Source of the DNA: Desulfosoma sp.
GTDB lineage: Bacteria > Desulfobacterota > Syntrophobacteria > Syntrophobacterales > DSM-9756
DNA: 64,000 bases
Direction: 5' to 3'
Assembly (NCBI GenBank): GCA_037481835.1
Contig: JBBFKW010000014.1
Location: forward strand, 1-64,000
Position 1 is the first letter of the stretch. Every line of letters begins with the position of its first letter. Shown here piece by piece: positions 1-7,784 of this stretch. The position numbers and the translations under genes are program-made. Under the pieces are notes generated by a model. It did no database searches and was not told where the DNA came from. It saw nothing but the letters and a program-made list of their open reading frames with translations.

Positions 1-19
1 GTGTTCCCATTGGTTTTCG

Positions 20-913
20 GTCCGAAGGCAGGCCCCGCTTTGAGGGGATTGAGACTACTCAGACAGCTCCCTCGGCGCATACTTGTGGATCAGTCCGAAG
101 GCAGGCCCCGCTTTGAGGGGATTGAGACTGGTCTTTCTCCTCTTTTTAATTGTTCATGCCAATCCGTCCGAAGGCAGGCCCCGCTTTGAGGGGATTGAGA
201 CAAGTATTGCCCCAACTCGGCCAGACGGAGGGGGGCGTCCGAAGGCAGGCCCCGCTTTGAGAGGATTGAGACGTGGGAGTTTCGGATTTCGCCCGTGATT
301 CGGGCGAGGTCCGAAGGCAGGCCCCGCTTTGAGGGGATTGAGACAGCTCCTTTCTTTAGATGTCTATACCAAACATTAGCAGTCCGAAGGCAGGCCCCGC
401 TTTGAGGGGATTGAGACATAACTGTATCCGGTGATACAATTAGTCCACCATAAAAGTCCGAAGGCAGGCCCCGCTTTGATTTGATAGGGCCTTTGCAAGG
501 GCCCATTTAAGCTGGGTCCGAAGGCAGGCCCCGCTTTGAGGGGATTGAGACTGGTCTTGGCAATCTTCCTTATCTTGTCCTCCAACGTCCGAAGGCAGGC
601 CCCGCTTTGAGGGGATTGAGACAGCTCCTTTCTTTAGATGTCTATACCAAACATTAGCAGTCCGAAGGCAGGCCCCGCTTTGAGGGGATTGAGACGTCTC
701 AGGTTTTCCTTCTGCTTCTGGGCGATGTTGATGTCCGAAGGCAGGCCCCGCTTTGAGGGGATTGAGACGTTGTCGCGATGGGTGCGGCGACGGGGCTGCC
801 TCTGGTCCGAAGGCAGGCCCCGCTTTGAGGGGATTGAGACCCGATCACAAAGATTCTTACCAACCAACTTCTTGACTGTCCGAAGGCAGGCCCCGCTTTG
901 AGGGGATTGAAAC
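20..913 (+). CRISPR. CRISPR array (distal part; probably continues upstream of the window), 13 repeats and 12 complete spacers
   Basis: Repeat GTCCGAAGGCAGGCCCCGCTTTGAGGGGATTGAGAC (36 bp) starts at 20, 93, 166, 237, 309, 382, 456 (truncated), 516, 587, 660, 733, 805 and 878; spacers are 35-38 bp. A CCCC/GGGG hairpin followed by the 8-nt ATTGAGAC tag implies + strand transcription. The last repeat ends in the variant ATTGAAAC. Confidence 0.99.
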
Positions 914-1180
914 GAAGTGGGTTCTCCTATCCGGGATGCTGCGGCAGATGCGCACTTCCGCTCCCGGAAATCCGAGGCTCGCGAAAATACTTTTCCCGCC
1001 TATTCTCAAGTTCGTCGACATGGCCTGGGTTCCCCGCGCCGCTTGGGGTTCAAAGGCAACAGCCCAAAGCGCTCGTCCCCCAAAAGGCTCCCAAGGAAAA
1101 TTTCCGGTGCTTTCTGAAAAAAGCCCCGCTGGTGCCGTTATCCATGTCAGAGGCAAGAAACTGGATAACGGGAGGTCGCG

Positions 1181-1591
1181 ATGAAAAGAACAGCTTTGAT
1201 CCTTATGGTTTTGGTCTTATTTTCCACCGGTTGTGCGAGCAAGGAGATCCTGAAACAAAAATACATGCAAGACATGGCGGCTCGCATCGACATGGGTTCG
1301 GTTCAGGACATGGCGCGATTCCAAACGGATCTTTCCACCTGCGCCGACCTGGCCGCCGAATGGCACTGCCGGGCCCAGAACGAAGCCATGGCCAACGGCC
1401 TGGTGGGGGCCCTGGTGGGCGCCGGGCTCGGCTACGGCTTGGGCCGCGCGTGGGGCGGACACAACGATGCGGGGTGGGCGGCCACCGGGGCGGCCGCGGG
1501 TGCCGCGGGAGGCGTGGGATCCGTAAGCAACCATGCGGACACCGTGTTCAAGAACTGCATGCAGAATCGGGGCTACAAGCTCCTCTGGTAG
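1181..1591 (+). CDS. Glycine-zipper lipoprotein
   Basis: GGAGG RBS; signal peptide with lipobox (LFSTGC); GxxxG-rich hydrophobic segments; C-terminal CMQNRGY motif. Confidence 0.8.
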   Translation: MKRTALILMVLVLFSTGCASKEILKQKYMQDMAARIDMGSVQDMARFQTDLSTCADLAAEWHCRAQNEAMANGLVGALVGAGLGYGLGRAWGGHNDAGWAATGAAAGAAGGVGSVSNHADTVFKNCMQNRGYKLLW

Positions 1592-1731
1592 CCCGCGGCG
1601 GACCTTTCTCAAAAGGTGAAACAAACGGCAAAGGTGATGAGTGTCCTGCGCATTCGTGGTATTCTGCCGATTACACGACGGGCAAGAAGCTGCGGCCGCG
1701 TCCATGGTTCCATTGAGGCAACGGATAGCCC

Positions 1732-3900
1732 ATGGCGCACGTTCTCATCACCACCTTGGGAAGAAACTGGCAGATCGTTCCGGAAATCCTCGGGTGGACC
1801 AACCCGGATCTGGTGGACCTTTACGCAAACCATCCCAACCGGGACGAATTGAGAGCTCTTCGGGCCGAGTACAACATCGAACCCATTGAAAGCCTTTGGA
1901 TCATCACCACGGACGATTCGGCGATCCAGAAGGCCCTGGAACGGCTTAAAGACTGGCGGCGTGCCGTGGGGGCCCGGGGCATGCGGTTCCGGGTCGTTCG
2001 GGTGAGCGGGATTCACGATCTGTCGTCTCTTGCCGAATGCCGCCGGATAAGAGAGGCCATCCACCAGGTGGTTCTTCGAGGGTCCAGGGAGGCGGGCGCG
2101 GAAGGCTCCCTCGTCTTGTCCCTCACCGGCGGCCGAAAGACCATGAGCAGCGACATGCAGGCCGCAGCCTCCTTTTTCGGGTGCCGCGCCCTGGTCCATA
2201 TCGTCGGCCGGGACGACAAGCTGGAGCACTTTAAAAAACTAGACATCCAAGACTTCTGCAAGCCTTTACCGCCAGCGCTCGCCGACGCCGCCACCCCCGT
2301 GGTGGTGGGTCGGCATGCGCCCAGCCCCCTCCTGGACTATCCGGATCCCCGCGGAGAGCCCCTGTCCGATTGCCTCCAGGAAAGCCTCCAAACCGATTCG
2401 GCTTTTCATTCCTTCTGGGAGGATCTCAGCCTGTCCGTGGAGGACACCCGCCTGCTCGATGCCCTGGAAAACCGCTTGAAGGCCGCTTCCAACCTGGCGG
2501 CCAATTACGCCAGCCGCATCATCCAAGAAGAAACCTCGGCCAACTTCCTGGCCCTCTACAGCCTTCCTCCCCGGGAGATTCAAAGGCTCAAGGAAATCGT
2601 GGTGGGCGCCGACCCAAACCCACAGCGGCAGGCAGCGGAACTGGACCTGCTTCGCCGGCTGCCCAAGGCCGAACTCCACTGCCACCTGGGAGGCGTGCTC
2701 ACCGTCGGGGAAATCATCCAAGTGGCCGACTCCGTCCGCGAAAGAATCAAAGAATGCCGAGGGCGGCTCCAGCCGTGGCTCGAGGGGTGGAAATCCCGCC
2801 TGGAAACCGAAGATCCCGACCGCTTGGGGGAAACGCTCCAATGGAAGGAACTGCGACGGCCCGTTTCGGGCGTGCCCGAACCGCTTGCCGTGGCCGCCTT
2901 CCTGCTTCTTTTCGAGTCCTGCCCGCACGTTCTGGAAAAGATGATCTACGGCAACTACCTGAAGGAAGAAAACTTCGTGGGTATCGGATTCGACGCCTAC
3001 GAGCGCTTGGGCGATCTTCAGGGATCGGCCCTGCTGCAGTGTGAAGAAACCCTTCGGGCCGCCTGCCGGATCCTGGGCCGCAAAGCCCGGGAACACAACG
3101 TACTCCACCTGGAAGTGCGCTGTTCTCCCAAGAACTACACGCGGGGAGGCTTGAGCTCGGCGAGCGTGCTCGAAATCATCGCGGACGAATTGGCCCGAAG
3201 CGGTCCCGAATCCACCGTGGTGCTTCTCATCGGCAGCCGCCACCGCGACTTGGCGGCGCTGAGCGAAAGCGTGGCCCTGGCCGAACAGGCGTTGGCCGAC
3301 GAGGGGACCGCCTCCCGGATGCTGGTCGGCTTCGATCTGGCCGGAAACGAAAAGGCCCTGGAGGCGGCGGAAGTGCGTCGGGCCTTCCTGCCGCTTATGG
3401 AACGGTGCCTACATGCCACGATCCATGCCGGGGAGATCGCGGACGCTTCCAGCATTTGGCAGGCGGTCTATCATCTCAACGCGGAGCGCATCGGGCACGG
3501 TCTCACCCTCGAAGGGAATCCGGACCTCCTGGAGCGTTTCCGAGACCGGCGGATCGCCGTGGAGATGTGTCCTTCCAGCAACTGCCAGATCGTGGGCTTT
3601 CGGGACTCTCATCTGCCCGGAACGGCCTCTCGGCCGATCTATCCCCTTTCCGCGTATTTGAATAAGGGGCTTCGAGTCACGGTCAACACGGACAACCCGG
3701 GTATCTCGCGGACCGACTTTTCCAGGGAATACCACCGGGCGGGGCGCCTCAGCCCCGAGGGTTTAAGCCTTTGGGACCTTCTGCTCCTCATCCGAAACGG
3801 CTTTAAGGCGGCTTTCACCGAAGCCCCCAAGCGCCATGATCTCCTTCGAAAGGCGGAAAACAGGATCCTTCACGTGCTGGAAACTGCCTTTGATCTATGA
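1732..3900 (+). CDS. cad1: CARF (NE0113-like) - adenosine deaminase fusion, type III CRISPR effector (Cad1/CAAD family)
   Basis: N-terminal CARF motifs VLITTLG...SLTGGRKTMS; C-terminal deaminase motifs LPKAELHCHLGG, HAGE, RIGHG, EMCPSSN, VNTDNPG; adjacent to the array and csm genes. Confidence 0.92.
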   Translation: MAHVLITTLGRNWQIVPEILGWTNPDLVDLYANHPNRDELRALRAEYNIEPIESLWIITTDDSAIQKALERLKDWRRAVGARGMRFRVVRVSGIHDLSSLAECRRIREAIHQVVLRGSREAGAEGSLVLSLTGGRKTMSSDMQAAASFFGCRALVHIVGRDDKLEHFKKLDIQDFCKPLPPALADAATPVVVGRHAPSPLLDYPDPRGEPLSDCLQESLQTDSAFHSFWEDLSLSVEDTRLLDALENRLKAASNLAANYASRIIQEETSANFLALYSLPPREIQRLKEIVVGADPNPQRQAAELDLLRRLPKAELHCHLGGVLTVGEIIQVADSVRERIKECRGRLQPWLEGWKSRLETEDPDRLGETLQWKELRRPVSGVPEPLAVAAFLLLFESCPHVLEKMIYGNYLKEENFVGIGFDAYERLGDLQGSALLQCEETLRAACRILGRKAREHNVLHLEVRCSPKNYTRGGLSSASVLEIIADELARSGPESTVVLLIGSRHRDLAALSESVALAEQALADEGTASRMLVGFDLAGNEKALEAAEVRRAFLPLMERCLHATIHAGEIADASSIWQAVYHLNAERIGHGLTLEGNPDLLERFRDRRIAVEMCPSSNCQIVGFRDSHLPGTASRPIYPLSAYLNKGLRVTVNTDNPGISRTDFSREYHRAGRLSPEGLSLWDLLLLIRNGFKAAFTEAPKRHDLLRKAENRILHVLETAFDL

Positions 3901-4367
3901 GCTCGGAAGAGCACGTCTGGTGCGTCCCGCGCCACGCTGTGCCGGCCGCCTGGCTGGAGCGGCGGGCCGCTCTTCGCCGCCCCTGCGGGTTCTGTCTTGA
4001 GGTCCTGGACGCGGCGGGCTGCTGTTCCATGCCACGGGGAGAAATAAAAAGGATCCGCGCTGCGAGCAGATCGTCCCTTACGCGGTGGCCCTGGATCCCC
4101 GGGGTTCAGGGTGGGTTGTTATGCGCGCAAGGGCTCGGAAAAGCGGCTCCATGGAGGGGCATCGGTTTGATCTTTCAGGGAATCATCAACGAGGAGGAAT
4201 CCGCCGTGGGCGAAGTGCCCCTGGGAGTCCTCTTCCGCATGGACCTTTCGACCCCGGAACCCCTCCGGCCCGGCGCCGAACTCCATGGGTTTAAGGGGGT
4301 CCCCCTTTCCCAGGCGGGCCGGCATCCCCCGAAGCTATGGTCCGGCCTGGCCCTCGAACTTCTCTAG
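3897..4367 (+). pseudogene. Frameshifted, internally deleted Nudix-family phosphoesterase (COG4112-like)
   Basis: ATGA overlap with cad1. Family motifs are split over three frames: DPRCEQIVPY (~4052), YARKGSEKRLHG (~4120) and GIINEEESAVGEVPLGV (~4180). The central GGH/Nudix box is missing. Confidence 0.7.
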
Positions 4368-4441
4368 AAGATTGTCTGGAAACGAGCAGCCGCGTTTCTT
4401 TTTCAGTGGGGCGTACCGGTGCCGACATCAAAGCCCGCCCC

Positions 4442-5614
4442 CTATAAGCAATCTCCTGTGGTAAGAATCAGCCATCCGAATGGCATGGCGAGGTTTCCGT
4501 TGTCCATGGCGCACAGGGTCCTGGTGGATCCCATGTCGCGGATGGGTCTCCTTGCCTGGACGTTATATCCCTGGCGGAGTCCATCGACTGAAAGCGACTC
4601 AAAATGGGAAAAACGTCCGACCCGCAATAAGACCCTCTTTCGAGGCTGCTGCTCGGAAAACCAATACGGGGTGCTCGGGTCCAGGATCATCACTTGGCCG
4701 TCGGGAAGCTTCGCCCGAGGGAAACGTTCGTGGATGGCCTTCCAATGTTTGTCGTTTTTTCCCCGGCCGTAAAACTTGTCCGCTTCCGCCAGCATCCGCC
4801 CCCAGTAAAACCGGTTGCAGGCGTCAAAGAGGGTTTTGGCGTCCAGTTTTCTGCCGAGAAGCCGGGCTATCTCCGGCCGATTCATCTTTTCTTCGTCAAT
4901 TTGAATTTCCACCTCGAACGCGGGAGGTTTCCAGGTGTCGGCAAACGAGACCAGGCGCTCCACCCACATCTGGATATTTTCCGATCCCGGCTTATTGGGG
5001 TTCCAGTTCATGGCCCGGTCGATCCGGGTGGCTTCGTCGGGAAGTTCCACGTCACGAACCTTGATCAGGCGAAAGACGTCCTTTTCGGTCTGATCCGATG
5101 GCCGGTTGAGAGCCGACTCCTCGAGAACCTTCGCCTTTTTTTCCACAGCAGCTTGTTTAACCTCCGAGTGAACTCGAGGCTTGGTTTGTGGATCCAGATT
5201 GGCAAAATAATTCACCACCGCGGTTCGGATGGCTCCCTTGATGCTGGAGCCGGGCAGGAACGCCTTTTCACTCACAGGATTCCGCGGCATCATGTCCACC
5301 CGAAAACTTCGGTCCGGTGATCCGGCTTTCAGGGAAAATTCCTCCTCGAACCTTTTCGACACACCGACTCGCAGAATCCGGTCTTCGGCCTTTAAATGGG
5401 TACGAAAGAAAAGCTGGATCCCCTTGAGGTCTCCCCGGTCCACAAGCGACAGGAACCTTCGACGCTCGCTGTCGTCCAGCTCGCCGATCACCTGAGCGGG
5501 ACGGAACCGAAGGAGGAATCCCCGGTCCAGAACAAACTGCAAGGGATCGATTTCCACTGCCGAACCCACGTGAATGGGGGTGAGGGCCTGGGCCGTAAAA
5601 CAATAGGTGGTCAT
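4442..5614 (-). CDS. csm5: Type III-A RAMP protein Csm5
   Basis: LTPIHVGS, LPGSSIKGAIRTA, C-terminal PFGW; last gene of the csm operon; ATG overlaps the csm4 stop. Confidence 0.9.
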   Translation of the reverse strand: MTTYCFTAQALTPIHVGSAVEIDPLQFVLDRGFLLRFRPAQVIGELDDSERRRFLSLVDRGDLKGIQLFFRTHLKAEDRILRVGVSKRFEEEFSLKAGSPDRSFRVDMMPRNPVSEKAFLPGSSIKGAIRTAVVNYFANLDPQTKPRVHSEVKQAAVEKKAKVLEESALNRPSDQTEKDVFRLIKVRDVELPDEATRIDRAMNWNPNKPGSENIQMWVERLVSFADTWKPPAFEVEIQIDEEKMNRPEIARLLGRKLDAKTLFDACNRFYWGRMLAEADKFYGRGKNDKHWKAIHERFPRAKLPDGQVMILDPSTPYWFSEQQPRKRVLLRVGRFSHFESLSVDGLRQGYNVQARRPIRDMGSTRTLCAMDNGNLAMPFGWLILTTGDCL

Positions 5615-6558
5615 CCTTCCACCTCCGTGAAAAATAGGGGTAGGTGAACGGCGTAGTGGCACACCTGGGCCAGCTTGGGATCGTGATGGACTCCCTCGAG
5701 GATCGCCCCGAAAGGACCTTCTCCACGGGGAGCGAATGTCGCTCCCGGTTGCGCCATCAAGATGGGATACTTGAACGGGCTGAATCCGCCCTTGGCATAG
5801 TCACCGCCCAACTTCCCGAAGTGCACATGTTGCTTGTATCTGGCATCCGCCATGTTCTTTGCCACGATGCCGTGAGAAAGGCTCACGGCCTTGTTGCCCC
5901 CCTGGTCAAAGAGATCGGTTTCCTCAATCTCTATGCGGAACCCACCGTTGCCGGTGCTCGCATTGGCACCAAAGCCGTGGGTGCCGACGAAGTCCAAAAG
6001 CTCCTTGAGATCATCCACACAGGGGAGCTCCCCGGCCACATAGACCTGCCACCTGTGACGGCTTCCGTGGGGCACCAGATCCTCGAAATAGAGCCCCCCC
6101 AACTCCGGAGTTGTTCCGGAACGTCTGTCGATCCGGTTATGGGGCCGGACCGTTTCCCCGGCCGATCCGGCATGGCGGTGCGTCTTCTTTCCTCCCTTAG
6201 GCAAATCGATCAGTTCGGCACTGAGGGAGGCTTCGCTCAAGGCGTCGCGCACCTTCCGGAACACATCTTCGGGGATCCAGGAAAGCTTTCGCACTGCCTT
6301 TTCCCTTTCCATATCCTTGAGGGATTCTTGCGGGCCGGCCCGGCGGGCCCTTTTGAGAAGAGGACGAGGGAGCATTCCCTCGGGCATGGCGCTGGATACC
6401 AGCCATGGCCGTTTTTTTTGCTCGTCCAGCCAGGCGAGAAACTTCCTCTCTCCGCGCAAATAGCGGACCGCCCACGCCAAATGCCCCCATAGGGTGCCGG
6501 ATATCATGGGAGTTCCCAGGGGCCCTTGCAAGGCAACTCTCACCCGATAAGCATTCAT
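5611..6558 (-). CDS. csm4: Type III-A RAMP protein Csm4 (Cas5 group)
   Basis: SGTLWG, VSSAMP, HNRIDR, Gly loop GFGANASTGNG; position between csm3 and csm5. Confidence 0.9.
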   Translation of the reverse strand: MNAYRVRVALQGPLGTPMISGTLWGHLAWAVRYLRGERKFLAWLDEQKKRPWLVSSAMPEGMLPRPLLKRARRAGPQESLKDMEREKAVRKLSWIPEDVFRKVRDALSEASLSAELIDLPKGGKKTHRHAGSAGETVRPHNRIDRRSGTTPELGGLYFEDLVPHGSRHRWQVYVAGELPCVDDLKELLDFVGTHGFGANASTGNGGFRIEIEETDLFDQGGNKAVSLSHGIVAKNMADARYKQHVHFGKLGGDYAKGGFSPFKYPILMAQPGATFAPRGEGPFGAILEGVHHDPKLAQVCHYAVHLPLFFTEVEG

Positions 6559-6559
6559 T

Positions 6560-7288
6560 TCAGGCACTCCTGCGGATTTCGAGGATCTTTTCCGGCGAGA
6601 TGGATTCGAACCGCTCCTGGATATCCTCTCCATTGAGCCGCAATCCTCGGAATCGAATCCGACCGTATCCTCTGGAACCGGAACCGCCGAGGCAGTCGTG
6701 TTCGAGAAGACGCATTGCCGCCAGCAGATGTTCGAAATAGGCCTCGTCCGTCCGCCCTTCATCGCCCGTGTCAAAGACGCGATACAGAATGGTCAGATCA
6801 AACTGGGAACCGGCCGGCACCCTTTCCGTCTTGCGGATTCCTACTCCGGCTTTGCCCTGGATGCGATTGATGTTGTTCTCGAACTTTTCTTCCGTAAACG
6901 GCAGACCCATTTCCACCAAGCGGTCGCGCCATTCCCTCTTGAAAGGACAATCGCGAACGATGAGGCGCGTAGGACCCGCCATCCATGTCTTCAGGGTGGT
7001 CCCGAAAATACGCAGAACCGGATCCGCGGCCAAGACCTCGGGATTCGTCTCTCCTCCTCCCTGCCACGTATCCCCGCTGCTTTCGACCCGGTTGGTCGCC
7101 CATTCCATCAGGCAACGAAGCTTACCCTTCAGGGAAGACCCGGGGATGTAGGGTTCCCTGGTGTAGGGGTTTTTCACCACCGGATTGTCCACGCCGCCGA
7201 TTTCTATAGCGTCCTTGCCCGCACCGATGTGAAGCCCGGTCATGACTTCCACATATCCTGTAACGACCTTGGTGCCGATGAGCTTCAT
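6560..7288 (-). CDS. csm3: Type III-A backbone RNase Csm3
   Basis: TGLHIGAG, IGGVDNPVVK (catalytic Asp present), PYIPGSSLKGKLR, LGGSGSRGYG. Confidence 0.96.
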   Translation of the reverse strand: MKLIGTKVVTGYVEVMTGLHIGAGKDAIEIGGVDNPVVKNPYTREPYIPGSSLKGKLRCLMEWATNRVESSGDTWQGGGETNPEVLAADPVLRIFGTTLKTWMAGPTRLIVRDCPFKREWRDRLVEMGLPFTEEKFENNINRIQGKAGVGIRKTERVPAGSQFDLTILYRVFDTGDEGRTDEAYFEHLLAAMRLLEHDCLGGSGSRGYGRIRFRGLRLNGEDIQERFESISPEKILEIRRSA

Positions 7289-7300
7289 GGGACCCCCTCC

Positions 7301-7771
7301 TTAATTGTCTGCGGCAAAATAGCGATGGAAAGCCACCACCGCCTCGAAGATCCGAGAAAAGGCCTTCAGGTCCTTGATATCCCGAATGGATTCAACATGA
7401 TCGAAGATGAACTGTGAAAAGGAGCGCGGAGAAACTTTGCGTTTCTCCGCGTACAGCGCCTTGGCCTTGAACATGCGAATCAGGGCAAGATCCCGCTGCA
7501 AATTGGCTTCCTGCACCTGAACGCTTTCTCCCATCAGGATCCTGCGCTCGATGGCCTTGAATTCGTCGTAAAAACGTCTCAGCTGGGTGGACTTGAGATC
7601 ACGGCCAAACGCCCTCGCCCACTCCAGGGCCTTTTCATCCACCAGCTTGGGATCGAGCTGCTCTTTCTGGGAATCGGTATAATATAGAATGGTATTGGCC
7701 CGCGGCACACCGGAGTCCCCGGAATTCCCCCTGAACGCATTCCTTTGAGATTCTTGACGTCCCGAAGACAT
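7301..7771 (-). CDS. csm2: Type III-A small subunit Csm2
   Basis: STQLRRFYD...FEAVVAFHRY helical signature; GAAGGAGG RBS before the ATG at 7771. Confidence 0.92.
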   Translation of the reverse strand: MSSGRQESQRNAFRGNSGDSGVPRANTILYYTDSQKEQLDPKLVDEKALEWARAFGRDLKSTQLRRFYDEFKAIERRILMGESVQVQEANLQRDLALIRMFKAKALYAEKRKVSPRSFSQFIFDHVESIRDIKDLKAFSRIFEAVVAFHRYFAADN

Positions 7772-7784
7772 GTGGTCACCTCCT

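Noticed and set aside
480..515. Possible self-targeting of csm4 (shared GGGCCCTTGCAA near 6520)
   Set aside because: Only about 12 nt match in GC-rich DNA; expected by chance.
1..901. Short ORFs across the array
   Set aside because: Translations of CRISPR repeats and spacers, not genes.
914..1180. Possible CRISPR leader
   Set aside because: Hairpin and tag orientation plus the variant terminal repeat indicate this is the trailer end; the leader should lie upstream of the window.
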